Part shown: piece after piece, positions 45,366 through 54,537 of the stretch | How the letters are laid out: each line of letters opens with the position of its first letter | Numbering within the stretch: the first letter of the stretch is position 1 | From: an uncultured Muribaculaceae bacterium | Lineage (GTDB): Bacteria; Bacillota_I; Bacilli_A; RF39; UBA660 | Reading direction: 5' to 3' | Assembly: GCA_964425325.1 (NCBI GenBank) | Contig: CAYRLX010000003.1 | Location: 30,855-94,854, forward strand | DNA length: 64,000 nt | Translations under genes and position numbers: made by a program | Notes under the pieces: generated by a model | Seen by the model: the letters and a program-made list of their open reading frames with translations, nothing else | Database searches by the model: none | Told to the model about the DNA's origin: nothing

Positions 45366-45444
45366 AGCTGCCTCCTTTATCTTTAACATTATATCATTTT
45401 ATATTATTTTTTACTAGATGTCTAGCATTATTTTTATATATAAA

Positions 45445-45469
45445 AATAGTACGAGTAATTCGCACTATT
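45445..45469 (-). terminator. Possible terminator hairpin downstream of the Cys-rich paralog A gene
   Basis: AATAGTACGA-GTAAT-TCGCACTATT (one mismatch), followed on the minus strand by only a short T stretch. Confidence 0.3.
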
Positions 45470-45623
45470 TTAATAATAAGAAATACTTTTGTATTAATAA
45501 TTTATTTTAATCTCTTTTAAATATCTTTTGCTTTTTATATAAATTCATTATTATCATACTTTTTAAAAATTTGCTTTATTTTGAGCATCATATTTTATAC
45601 TTTTAAATATGTTTTATAGCTAA

Positions 45624-46784
45624 CTAAAATAGACAACGTGAGTCTCCAGTGGAAGCTACAATGCAAACAGTGCTAGAAGAACCCATTACGTCACTTTGAC
45701 CATTCGAGTGCACTTCCACGTCATAAAACCCACCACCAAAGCAGCTAGAGCCACTTTCTGTGAATATACAACCTGTCTTTGTAGTTGAATTATAAGCACC
45801 TAAACTATTAAAGTTTTGAAAATCTTTTATGATTCTAGTATTTTGTGTGAATGATGCCCCACTATCGGCTCCTTTCATACAATGTTCACTATTATTATAA
45901 ACAAAACACACATATGAATTTGTTAATACATCTTCTACTATCTCATGTTTTAAATAATATGTTTTATTTAAAGTAGATGCATCTTCTGTATAGCTACCTA
46001 GTGCATTTGTAGCAAGCTTACATGAATTATTTCCATTGTCTGGATATTGTGCTTGACATTCTTCTAAAGTATTAAATATATCTGCATTTTGCATGCTTCC
46101 ATTACTATCTGAATATACGTAGCTCTTTGTTATATTTACCCCATTATATACTCTATTTGTATTATGTCTATATACTGTTCCTGTATAAGTTGTAGTCATT
46201 CCACCATTTTCATCATCTTGCTCGGCGTTTATTTTAACCTCAATTGATTTAGTTTCTCCTGAATATGGTCCACTTATATCTGTTTCATTTTGAAATTTTG
46301 CGATTACTTTCATTGTAGTAGATGCATTTGGCGCTAGTGTTGTAGTCTCTGGCATTTCTATTATATATGTAATATTATCTTTTTTCTTTGTCGTATTAGT
46401 TGTTACACTTTCATTATCTACTAGTATACTTTTTATTGCTGCTGTTACTGTTGATTTATTAACTATTGTTAATGTATATTCTATTTGATCACCGGGCTGA
46501 TAAAAACGTGCACTTAAAGATGAATTTGGCACTAAATTAGTTCCACAAGCAGTTCCAGAATATGTCATTGTTCCTGTTGGTTCGGTACCTGTACTTACTC
46601 CCTTGGTTATTTGCATAGTATCAGTTTTCGTATTATCAAATCCTATGCACCATGAGTTTGTTATATTTGCAGTTCCATTTATTGTAAGCATTTGACTAAA
46701 TGCTGCATATCCTACGCCCATTATGACAAGTATTAAACATAGTGCGGCTATTATATAGTTTCTTTTATCTTGCTTAAATTTCAT
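45624..46784 (-). CDS. Secreted/anchored Cys-rich protein, paralog A (TasA/SipW-like signal, beta-rich N-domain, Cys-rich C-domain)
   Basis: 386 aa. Signal 'KRNYIIAALCLILVIMGVGYAAFSQMLTINGTANI' and 'YQPGDQIEYTLTIVNKSTV' strand motif. The C-terminal half has 8 Cys. It is a clear paralog of 57583..58782. AGGAAGGGAG RBS. Confidence 0.8.
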   Translation of the reverse strand: MKFKQDKRNYIIAALCLILVIMGVGYAAFSQMLTINGTANITNSWCIGFDNTKTDTMQITKGVSTGTEPTGTMTYSGTACGTNLVPNSSLSARFYQPGDQIEYTLTIVNKSTVTAAIKSILVDNESVTTNTTKKKDNITYIIEMPETTTLAPNASTTMKVIAKFQNETDISGPYSGETKSIEVKINAEQDDENGGMTTTYTGTVYRHNTNRVYNGVNITKSYVYSDSNGSMQNADIFNTLEECQAQYPDNGNNSCKLATNALGSYTEDASTLNKTYYLKHEIVEDVLTNSYVCFVYNNSEHCMKGADSGASFTQNTRIIKDFQNFNSLGAYNSTTKTGCIFTESGSSCFGGGFYDVEVHSNGQSDVMGSSSTVCIVASTGDSRCLF

Positions 46785-46866
46785 TTTTACTCCCTTCCTA
46801 TTATAAATATATTTTATCTAAATTATATCTTAAAAAGCAAGGTGTTTTTTTGATAGATATGGTTTA

Positions 46867-47145
46867 TTATTCATCTATTTTCTTTAATATGAAGTAACTA
46901 CAATCGTATGCACAGTTTTTTTTGATGTATTCTTCTATTAGATTATAGTCATTTATTTTTTTAAATTTTTTATTTTTTTTATCGCAATATCCTTTTAATC
47001 TTAATTTTCCATATGACCAGTCGCCTAATATGTAATCGTAATCATCGAAATAGTCTGTCCATAATTCTTTTGTAGCTTCATAATCAAAGCCATTTTTGTA
47101 ATTTTTTTCTATTTGATATTTATATTTAAATTCGTATATTTTCAT
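46867..47145 (-). CDS. yutD: YutD-like protein (DUF1027)
   Basis: 'YDYILGDWSYGKLRLKGYCDKKN...EEYIKKNCAYDCSYFILKKI' closely follows the B. subtilis YutD pattern. Confidence 0.85.
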   Translation of the reverse strand: MKIYEFKYKYQIEKNYKNGFDYEATKELWTDYFDDYDYILGDWSYGKLRLKGYCDKKNKKFKKINDYNLIEEYIKKNCAYDCSYFILKKIDE

Positions 47146-47196
47146 AGTTCTATCCTTTCTACAATAAATATACTATATCTTATTTCCTTTTTCAAG

Positions 47197-47928
47197 TTAG
47201 TTTGGAACTACTATTTGTTTTTTTTGATTTGTTCCTAAGTAGTATTCTGGTAGTTTTCCTGTTATTAGTTTTATGGCAATAGGTACTTTTGCTTCCATAT
47301 TTATTTCTTTTCCATAAAATGGAATTATAACTTCTTCAGTTACTTTTAGATTTATAAAGACTCTTATCATTGAATTATTAATTCCATAGTCTTCTACATC
47401 TGCGGATACGTAGCTTATTACATCCCCAATTAGATTTATTTTAATTGGTATTTTAGGTCCTAGGTTTGTAAGTAATGGGCTATTTGAAATAACTCCTGTA
47501 TTTAGTGTATATATAATTCCTTTTTCTAAATCTTTTTTATTATATTTCTGTGTTATATCTTTATCTATTTTATTTATATTTCCTTTTTCTATGTTTTGTA
47601 TGTCTTCTTGAATACTTTTTGTAGCTTTTGTTAAATATTTATTTATCTTTGGAGTGTTAAAATCTATTGTTTTAATTTCGTCATTTTTATCATATGTTAT
47701 TTTAAATATTTCGTCTGGTGTTATTTTGTCTGTCACGGTTTTAGATATTGCGTTATTTATTATTAGATTTGAAAATTTTTTTGTTTCTATTTCAGCGTAT
47801 TTAAAAACCATGGGATATATTTTCTTACTTATATATTTTATTATTAATAGACTTGTTATTAAAATAATTATTAGTAAAATAATTAATGTTCTTATAAAAT
47901 GTTTCTTTTTTGTCTTTATTTTTTTCAT
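47197..47928 (-). CDS. yunB: Sporulation protein YunB
   Basis: N-terminal TM. 'LLTNLGPKIPIKINLIGDVISYVSADVEDYGINNSMIRVFINLKVTEEVIIPF...KVPIAIKLITGKLPEYY' aligns well with B. subtilis YunB. Confidence 0.88.
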   Translation of the reverse strand: MKKIKTKKKHFIRTLIILLIIILITSLLIIKYISKKIYPMVFKYAEIETKKFSNLIINNAISKTVTDKITPDEIFKITYDKNDEIKTIDFNTPKINKYLTKATKSIQEDIQNIEKGNINKIDKDITQKYNKKDLEKGIIYTLNTGVISNSPLLTNLGPKIPIKINLIGDVISYVSADVEDYGINNSMIRVFINLKVTEEVIIPFYGKEINMEAKVPIAIKLITGKLPEYYLGTNQKKQIVVPN

Positions 47929-47967
47929 ATTAAATTATATGAAAAAACTGGCTTGTACTCACCAGTT

Positions 47968-49290
47968 TTATGATTTTTTATATTTAAATTTATATGTGAC
48001 ATCTAGTTTTTTATCTTCTCTACTTGAAAATTCTAATATACTTGTCTTTTCTTTTTTCTCAAAAGCTTCTTTTTCAAGTGGATTTTTTAGTACTAGTAAT
48101 GATAGGATTTCATATTGTTTTCTAAATCTTGTCATTAATTTTTTTTCTTCTATTCTATATTCTATAGTTGTTTCATCGGCATTTCTTTTTTCTGCCCAAC
48201 TAGTTGGATTTCCTAATTTTTCTGTTTCTTGGTCTTTTATTGGGGTATATTGATATGGTTTAGAGGAGTATCCACTATATCTTCTCTTTTGTCCATTATA
48301 CCATCTCCACTGTTTGTCTTTATATCTATATAACTGAGCTGTTTCTTCATCGTAGTTATTATATTTTTGTGTATTTACTTCTTCTCTTGGGGTGTATTTT
48401 CCATTATTATAGTATATTTTTTTACCTTGTTTATTTAAATAATAGAATTTATATCCTGTAGTTTGGGCTATATCTCTATAACTTTTTTCTTGTGGATAAT
48501 CTAGTGAATATTCTGACCATTCTGTCTGTCTTTCTGAATTTTCATCTTTTTCAGCAAATCCTTCTGGCCTTTCTGATGAAAAGCCTGAATAGTTTCCTTC
48601 TATGTCATACCATTTCCATGTTCTATCTCTATATCTATAGTAGTATGTTGTTGAACTTTCAATATTAGTTAGTGATGCTTCTTTTGGTATTTCAGGAAGT
48701 TTTGTTTCGTCTAGTGGTAGTTTTATTCCGTATTCTGATACTTCATCTGATAGTTCATCTTCATCATAATACTCTGACCATTTTGTTATATTTAATTCTC
48801 TATCATAATAATTATAATAAGGTATTACATCTACTATGGCTTTATTTGCTGGATAATTATTTTGTAATGTACTCCATCCTTTATATTTAGTGTCTACAGA
48901 GCATTTATTACAGGTTCTAACATCTAGTGTATATATATATTCTTTTTTGTATTTTGTTATCTTTACTGTACCTGAGCATAGTGTGTCGTTGGTTAGATTA
49001 CTATTTAAATACTGCTCTGAATATAGGTCTCCAATATTTACAACAGTACTTTCTCCTTCTATTGACGGGACTTCACCTTGATCTTTTATATATACTAGGG
49101 ATGATTTTTTTATTATGTCATATATTTTATTACATTTTTTATTTATTACTACTGTGTATATAATTAGTCCAATTAATATAAGTGGTAGTAATATGTTTAT
49201 TACTAATAAAATCTTCAATAATGGTTTTTTACTTTCTAAGTTTACATTTGTTGTATTGCCTTTTTCGTCAACATATGTCATTCTTTTCAT
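47968..49290 (-). CDS. Membrane-anchored hypothetical protein with Y/R/W-rich repeats (440 aa)
   Basis: One TM (residues ~24-47) and an ectodomain with 4 Cys, then repeated 'YYRYRDRTWKWYD..YSGFSS' / 'LYRYKDKQWRWYN..YSGYSS' and 'T(K/E)WSEY' motifs. No family recognised. Confidence 0.7.
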   Translation of the reverse strand: MKRMTYVDEKGNTTNVNLESKKPLLKILLVINILLPLILIGLIIYTVVINKKCNKIYDIIKKSSLVYIKDQGEVPSIEGESTVVNIGDLYSEQYLNSNLTNDTLCSGTVKITKYKKEYIYTLDVRTCNKCSVDTKYKGWSTLQNNYPANKAIVDVIPYYNYYDRELNITKWSEYYDEDELSDEVSEYGIKLPLDETKLPEIPKEASLTNIESSTTYYYRYRDRTWKWYDIEGNYSGFSSERPEGFAEKDENSERQTEWSEYSLDYPQEKSYRDIAQTTGYKFYYLNKQGKKIYYNNGKYTPREEVNTQKYNNYDEETAQLYRYKDKQWRWYNGQKRRYSGYSSKPYQYTPIKDQETEKLGNPTSWAEKRNADETTIEYRIEEKKLMTRFRKQYEILSLLVLKNPLEKEAFEKKEKTSILEFSSREDKKLDVTYKFKYKKS

Positions 49291-49401
49291 GTTTTACCTC
49301 CCTATTCTATTTATATTTTAACACAATTGTTTTAATTTTCATAGAGTGTTTATTTTCATATTTATAATATTTTTTTCATATTATTTTATAAAGGATTTAA
49401 T

Positions 49402-49785
49402 ATGTCAAATTATGATTTAGAAGAAGATGTTTTACTTAGGCTTCAGATTTGTTTATCTATAGTTTTTATTTTTACTCTTATTATCTCTATTAGTTTATCA
49501 TACAATTCTATGATGGAATGTGAAGGAAAAGATAAAATATATGATGATGAGGATGCCTTAAATGTACTTAGGATTAATAGAATTATATCTTTACTTGTGG
49601 CACTAGGCTTTGTTTTAATTAATATTTATGATAAATCAGTGAAGGAAAAGTATAATTTTAATAAAGGGAATGCTGATTTACAAATTATAGCAAGTATTAT
49701 TACTTTGCTTAGTTCCTTAATTGTCTTATATGTTGCTTTTAATAATAATAGTTCAATTATTGGTAATGAAAATCCCGAAAGTTAA
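49402..49785 (+). CDS. Hypothetical small membrane protein (3 predicted TM)
   Basis: 127-aa ORF, divergent from the 440-aa gene, with hydrophobic segments at about 17-37, 62-80 and 98-116. Confidence 0.5.
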   Translation: MSNYDLEEDVLLRLQICLSIVFIFTLIISISLSYNSMMECEGKDKIYDDEDALNVLRINRIISLLVALGFVLINIYDKSVKEKYNFNKGNADLQIIASIITLLSSLIVLYVAFNNNSSIIGNENPES

Positions 49786-49793
49786 AAGAAGCC

Positions 49794-51347
49794 TTATTTG
49801 GCTTCTTCTGTAACTCTAGTTTCTCTTATAACTACTACTTTTATTGTACCAGGATATTGAAGGTTTTCCTCAATTTTATTTTTTATTTCTCTAGCAACTT
49901 TTACGCTTTCTAAGTCATCTATTTTATCTGGTTTTACTATAACTCTAAGTTCTCTACCAGCTTGAACAGCGTATGTTTTTTCGACTCCTTCTACATCATT
50001 TCCTATTTGTTCAAGTTCTGTAAGTCTTTTGATGTAGTTTTCAAGTGAATCATTTCTAGCTCCTGGACGAGAAGCTGATAGTGCGTCAGCTATAGCAACT
50101 AGTACACTGATTACGCTTGTAGCTTCTGTGTCTCCATGGTGTGAAGCAATAGCATTGATGACTGTTTCATTTTCATTATATTTTTTAGCAAGTTCTACTC
50201 CTAAGTCTACGTGGCTTCCTTCTACTTCATGGTCAATTGCTTTTCCAATATCGTGAAGTAGTCCTGCTCTTTTAGCAATACCGACGTTTTCGTGAAGTTC
50301 TCCTGCTAGAAGTCCTGCTAGGTTTGCAACTTCTATAGAATGCGTTAAAGCATTTTGTCCAAAACTTGTTCTAAAATTTAGTTTACCTATTAATTCTATT
50401 AATTCTGGTTCCATTTTAGTTATTCCAAGCTCAAATAAGGCATTATTTCCTAATTCTGTAAGTTTACTTTGCATTTCTTTAGCTGTTTTATCATATACTT
50501 CTTCTATTCTTCCTGGATGTATTCTACCATCTTTGATTAGGTTTTCTAGAGTTATTCTAGCTATTTCTCTTCTATATGGATCAAAACTTGATAGAACAAT
50601 TGCTTCTGGGGTATCATCGATAATTAAATCTACTCCTGTAACTGCTTCGATTGTTCTAATATTTCTTCCTTCTCTTCCTATGATTCGGCCTTTCATCTCA
50701 TCATTAGGCAAGCTTACTACTGTAACTGTTTGTTCTCCTGCTACGTCTGATGCATATTTTTGCATGGCAGAGACTAATAAATCTTTTGATTTTTTATCGG
50801 CTTCTAATTTTGCTTCTGCTTCTCTGTCTTTGATGTATGAAGTTATTTCTAGATTCATCATCTCTTCAACTTGTTTCATAATTCTTTCTTTAGCTTCTTT
50901 TTTTGAATATCCTGCTATTTTTTCAAGTAATTTTAACTGTTCTTCTTTTGTTTTTTCAATCTCCAATTGCTTATTTTGAATATCTTTTTGTTTTTCAATT
51001 AGACTATTTTCTTTGTCTTCTAGCATTTGTTCTCTATTTTGCATAGTTTGATCACGTCTGTCAATACTATCTTCTCTTGCTTGAAGACGGTCTTCAAGTT
51101 CTTTTATTTCTTCTTTTTTCTCTTTTGTCTCTTTATCTAATTGGATTTTTAATCTATGATTTTCTTCTTTGGCTTCTAATATACTATCACGTTTTATTTT
51201 GTCCGCTTCTTTTTTAGCGTTTTCTAGTAATTTTTGTGATTTTTTATCAGCTGCTGATACTTTAATAGTATTTAAAATTATCATGGCTATTATGCCAACA
51301 AAAAGGCCTATTAAAACTAGCAAAATGGAGAAAATAATATTATTCAT
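49794..51347 (-). CDS. rny: Ribonuclease Y
   Basis: N-terminal TM, coiled coil, KH domain ('[12 protein letters not shown]') and HD domain ('[10 protein letters not shown]...LLHDIGKA'). Confidence 0.95.
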   Translation of the reverse strand: MNNIIFSILLVLIGLFVGIIAMIILNTIKVSAADKKSQKLLENAKKEADKIKRDSILEAKEENHRLKIQLDKETKEKKEEIKELEDRLQAREDSIDRRDQTMQNREQMLEDKENSLIEKQKDIQNKQLEIEKTKEEQLKLLEKIAGYSKKEAKERIMKQVEEMMNLEITSYIKDREAEAKLEADKKSKDLLVSAMQKYASDVAGEQTVTVVSLPNDEMKGRIIGREGRNIRTIEAVTGVDLIIDDTPEAIVLSSFDPYRREIARITLENLIKDGRIHPGRIEEVYDKTAKEMQSKLTELGNNALFELGITKMEPELIELIGKLNFRTSFGQNALTHSIEVANLAGLLAGELHENVGIAKRAGLLHDIGKAIDHEVEGSHVDLGVELAKKYNENETVINAIASHHGDTEATSVISVLVAIADALSASRPGARNDSLENYIKRLTELEQIGNDVEGVEKTYAVQAGRELRVIVKPDKIDDLESVKVAREIKNKIEENLQYPGTIKVVVIRETRVTEEAK

Positions 51348-51464
51348 TTTATTACCTCCATCTAGAGAATTTTTGATTCTCTATTTATTATTTTAAAGAT
51401 AATAAATGTATAAGTCAAGTTTTTATTTTTCCTGGTTATGAAAAAATACGCTTTTATAAGGTGT

Positions 51465-52283
51465 TTAGCGTATTTTTCTTTTTTTTATATATATTCCAGA
51501 AATAATGGAAACTATACTTAGGATTTGATTTAGTGTTATCAATTCATTTTCATTTCTATATCTTAAGAAATCCAAAAAAAACTTACATATTCCACAATTA
51601 ATTATTGTTAAATATGTTTTTTTATTTTTATTAGAATAAATAAATATCAATAAAAATACTAAACTTTCTATTATTTGTATTGGAAATAGTTTTGTGTTGT
51701 TTGGTGCATCTAAAGAATTATGATAAACAATTGCGAATGGTCCACTGTATTTTATTCCATAGCAACATCCTACTATGAAGCATCCAATTTTTCCTATAGA
51801 ATATATGAGTGGAACAACATTTATATAACTATCAATTATTCTTTCTGGGTTTGTTTTTATTTTTTTTGAATATATGAAACTTATTATTATTACTCCTAAA
51901 AGAGCGGCAAATGAGTTAAGACCAGTATCTACTTTTCCTTTACTAATTATTTTTAAAATAAATGAGATTAGTATTGCTATGATGGGGGTACCAATGGTGA
52001 CTGATATTAATAAAATAAATATTTCTTTATTTTTATAGTGTTTTTTTAATTCATTATATATAAATATTGTACTTACTAGCATTGATATTATAACTATTTT
52101 TCCATATATTTTTCCTTCTTTTTCTATAAATAAAATAATTAGGCTTATCAACAATACCAATGTAATAATTATAAAATTGTAATCTTTTTTTTCATCAAAT
52201 ATTTTGTAGTAATTTAATGATGTGGTAGTTCTTTCTTTATAATTTTTATGACTATTCATATTATCCATAATTTCCACAACCAC
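51465..52283 (-). CDS. Polytopic membrane protein, possibly Lgt (prolipoprotein diacylglyceryl transferase) family
   Basis: About 7 TM helices. 'IGKIGCFIVGCCYGIKY' resembles the G-R/K-x-G-C-F-x-x-G-C-C-x-G motif of some Lgt-family members. It overlaps the upstream zinc-ribbon gene by 23 nt. Confidence 0.4.
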   Translation of the reverse strand: MVVEIMDNMNSHKNYKERTTTSLNYYKIFDEKKDYNFIIITLVLLISLIILFIEKEGKIYGKIVIISMLVSTIFIYNELKKHYKNKEIFILLISVTIGTPIIAILISFILKIISKGKVDTGLNSFAALLGVIIISFIYSKKIKTNPERIIDSYINVVPLIYSIGKIGCFIVGCCYGIKYSGPFAIVYHNSLDAPNNTKLFPIQIIESLVFLLIFIYSNKNKKTYLTIINCGICKFFLDFLRYRNENELITLNQILSIVSIISGIYIKKRKIR

Positions 52284-52893
52284 TAATCAATGTCATAAAG
52301 AAATAATAAAAGAATACAAAGGAAAATATAAGTATTATGACCATTATAATTATTAGTGAACTTATTACTATTAAGATTATGTTTGTTACTTTTTTATGTG
52401 GTTCTAATTTTTTTTTGCCTTCTTGTTCTATTTGACTTCCTAGTCCTACATTCGCTGTACTTTTAAAATAAAAATATAATAATATTATTATAATATCAAA
52501 TATCACCATCATTTTCGGAGAGTATTTATCATTTAAAAAGATCGTTAGTAAGCCATTCAGTGGTATGGAAAGGAAAATAATTGCTAAGAATGGAAAAAAG
52601 CTAACTTTGCTATTATTATAGTTTGACTTAAACTTTGTTAATTTATAATTTGGGTAATATTTTTCTTCATTAATTGGTGGTGTATGATCTTTGATATTAT
52701 CATTTATACTTAATATTTCTATTTCTTCTTGTTTTGTTACTTTACTTGGTTTTTCATCTATCTTATTTATGACTTCTTCTCTTTGTTCTATTACTACTTT
52801 GTTATTTTTTATGTTATATACTGACTCTCCACATCCTCGGCATATTGTATCTGTTTCTTTGAAATCTTCAAATCCACATTTTGGACATTTCAT
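52261..52893 (-). CDS. Zinc-ribbon membrane protein
   Basis: 'MKCPKCGFEDFKETDTICRGCGESV' (CxxC...CxxC), then 3-4 TM helices. GAGGTAG RBS before the ATG at 52893. Confidence 0.65.
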   Translation of the reverse strand: MKCPKCGFEDFKETDTICRGCGESVYNIKNNKVVIEQREEVINKIDEKPSKVTKQEEIEILSINDNIKDHTPPINEEKYYPNYKLTKFKSNYNNSKVSFFPFLAIIFLSIPLNGLLTIFLNDKYSPKMMVIFDIIIILLYFYFKSTANVGLGSQIEQEGKKKLEPHKKVTNIILIVISSLIIIMVIILIFSFVFFYYFFMTLISGCGNYG

Positions 52894-52981
52894 ATTACTA
52901 CCTCTTTTCATTGATTATTATTTCTTTTATTATATCATGTTTATAATTAATTGCTGAAAAAAACGCATATTTTTATATGCG

Positions 52982-54361
52982 CTATAATTTTATTTTTTTG
53001 TTTATGTAATCTGTTATTTCTTCTATTTTAATAGTTTCTTGCTCCATTGTATCTCTATTTCTTACTGTAACTGTTCCTTTTTCTAATGTTTCTTCATCTA
53101 TAGTTATGCAGTAAGGTGTACCGGCTACGTCCTGCCTTCTATATCTTTTTCCAATGTTTCCTGTTTCATCGTATGTGCACATAAATTCTTGTTTTAGTAC
53201 ATTGTATATTTCTTTTGCTTTTTCAGAGTGATATTTTTTCACTAATGGAAGAACGGCTAATTTATAAGGGGCTATTGCAGGATGAATTTTCATTACTTCT
53301 CTTATAGTTCCATCTTCTAGTGTTTCTTCTTCATACGAATCTGATAGTACTGCTAGTAACATTCTGTCAAGTCCTACTGCTGGTTCTACGACGTAAGGTA
53401 TATACTTTTCATTTGTCTCTGGATCTAAATATCTTAAATCTTGTTTTGAATGTTCCATATGTCTTGATAAGTCATAGTCTGTTCTATCTGCGATTCCCCA
53501 TAATTCACCCCAGCCTTGTGGATATTTGTATTCTATATCTGTTGTTGCTTTACTATAAAATGATAGTTCTTCTTTTTTATGATCTCTAAATCTTAAATTT
53601 TCTTCTTTTAAACCAATTAGTTTTAAAAAATCCATACAGTAGTTTCTCCAATAGTCAAACCACTCTAGGTCTGTATCTGGTTTACAGAAAAATTCCATCT
53701 CCATTTGTTCAAATTCTCTTTGTCTAAATATAAAGTTTCCTGGTGTTATTTCATTTCTAAAGCTCTTTCCTATTTGTCCTATTCCAAATGGTAATTTAGC
53801 CCTCATGCTTCTTTGTACGTTTTGAAAATTAACAAATATTCCCTGGGCTGTTTCTCCTCTTAGATAAACTTTGTTTTTAGTATCTTCAGTAACTCCTATA
53901 CTAGTTTCAAATAATAAGTTGAACTGTCTTATTTTTGTAAAGTCTTTACTTCCACATTTTGGACATTTTATATCATTTTCTTCGATGAACTTTTCTAGTT
54001 TTTCATTTGGCCATCCGTCTCCGGTTTCTTTTCCTTCAGTAAACTCTTCTATTAGTTTATCTGCTCTATGTCTTGATTTACACTTTTTACAGTCTATTAA
54101 TGGATCTGAGAAGCCACCTACATGACCTGAAGCAACCCATACTTCTGGATTCATTATTATTGCTGAATCTAATCCATATATATTATCTCTTTCTTCTATG
54201 AATTTTTTCCACCAAGCTTTTTTTAGATTGTTTTTTAATTCTACTCCAAGTGTTCCATAGTCCCAAGAGTTAGATAGTCCTCCATATATTTCACTTCCTT
54301 GGAATATGTATCCATATTGTTTACATACACTAACTAGTTTTTCCATTGTAACTTTTTCCAT
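52982..54361 (-). CDS. glyQS: Glycine--tRNA ligase (homodimeric GlyQS type)
   Basis: 459 aa with 'SEIYGGLSNSWDYGTLG', 'FRNEITPGNFIFRQREFEQMEMEFF', 'VVEPAVGLDR' and a C-terminal anticodon-binding domain. Confidence 0.95.
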   Translation of the reverse strand: MEKVTMEKLVSVCKQYGYIFQGSEIYGGLSNSWDYGTLGVELKNNLKKAWWKKFIEERDNIYGLDSAIIMNPEVWVASGHVGGFSDPLIDCKKCKSRHRADKLIEEFTEGKETGDGWPNEKLEKFIEENDIKCPKCGSKDFTKIRQFNLLFETSIGVTEDTKNKVYLRGETAQGIFVNFQNVQRSMRAKLPFGIGQIGKSFRNEITPGNFIFRQREFEQMEMEFFCKPDTDLEWFDYWRNYCMDFLKLIGLKEENLRFRDHKKEELSFYSKATTDIEYKYPQGWGELWGIADRTDYDLSRHMEHSKQDLRYLDPETNEKYIPYVVEPAVGLDRMLLAVLSDSYEEETLEDGTIREVMKIHPAIAPYKLAVLPLVKKYHSEKAKEIYNVLKQEFMCTYDETGNIGKRYRRQDVAGTPYCITIDEETLEKGTVTVRNRDTMEQETIKIEEITDYINKKIKL

Positions 54362-54498
54362 ATTTTTTTCCTTTCTAATATAAAAAGATTCTTAATGTTA
54401 TAGAGACGAATTAATAATCCGCGGTTCCACTCTATTTATTCATAAGAATCTCTTTTTATATATAGCTCGTGGGTTTCCAAGCCCCGTCATCACTTTTC
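54362..54498 (-). promoter_or_regulatory. T-box leader of glyQS, apparently with a very short stem I
   Basis: On the minus strand: GUGAUGA...CGAGC K-turn-like pair (54493-54465) enclosing only ~17 nt that include GGA-A (GGA at 54478-54476). T-box core AGAG-UGGAACC-GCGG (54433-54419) pairs with UUCGU-CUCU. UGGA fits the U73 discriminator of tRNA-Gly. AGATTCTTA/TAAGAATCT helix followed by a T-run. Confidence 0.6.
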
Positions 54499-54504
54499 TT
54501 TTGT

Positions 54505-54533
54505 ATTTTATCATAGATAAGTTATTAATTCAA
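54505..54533 (-). promoter_or_regulatory. Sigma-A-type promoter of the glyQS leader
   Basis: On the minus strand: TTGAAT, 17 nt spacer, then TGaTAAAAT, starting 5 nt after the NUDIX gene stop. Confidence 0.5.
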
Positions 54534-54537
54534 TACT

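Noticed and set aside
45395-45430. Inverted repeat CTAGA-TG-TCTAG upstream of prfB as a possible operator
   Set aside because: It has only 5-bp arms in AT-rich intergenic DNA, no second copy and no nearby regulator gene. That is too weak to call.
47654-48253. 199-aa plus-strand ORF spanning the yunB / 440-aa-gene junction
   Set aside because: It is antisense to two well-supported minus-strand genes. Its composition is almost entirely F/L/I/S, the mirror image of K/E/N-rich codons. It has no RBS, so it is a typical shadow ORF of AT-rich DNA.
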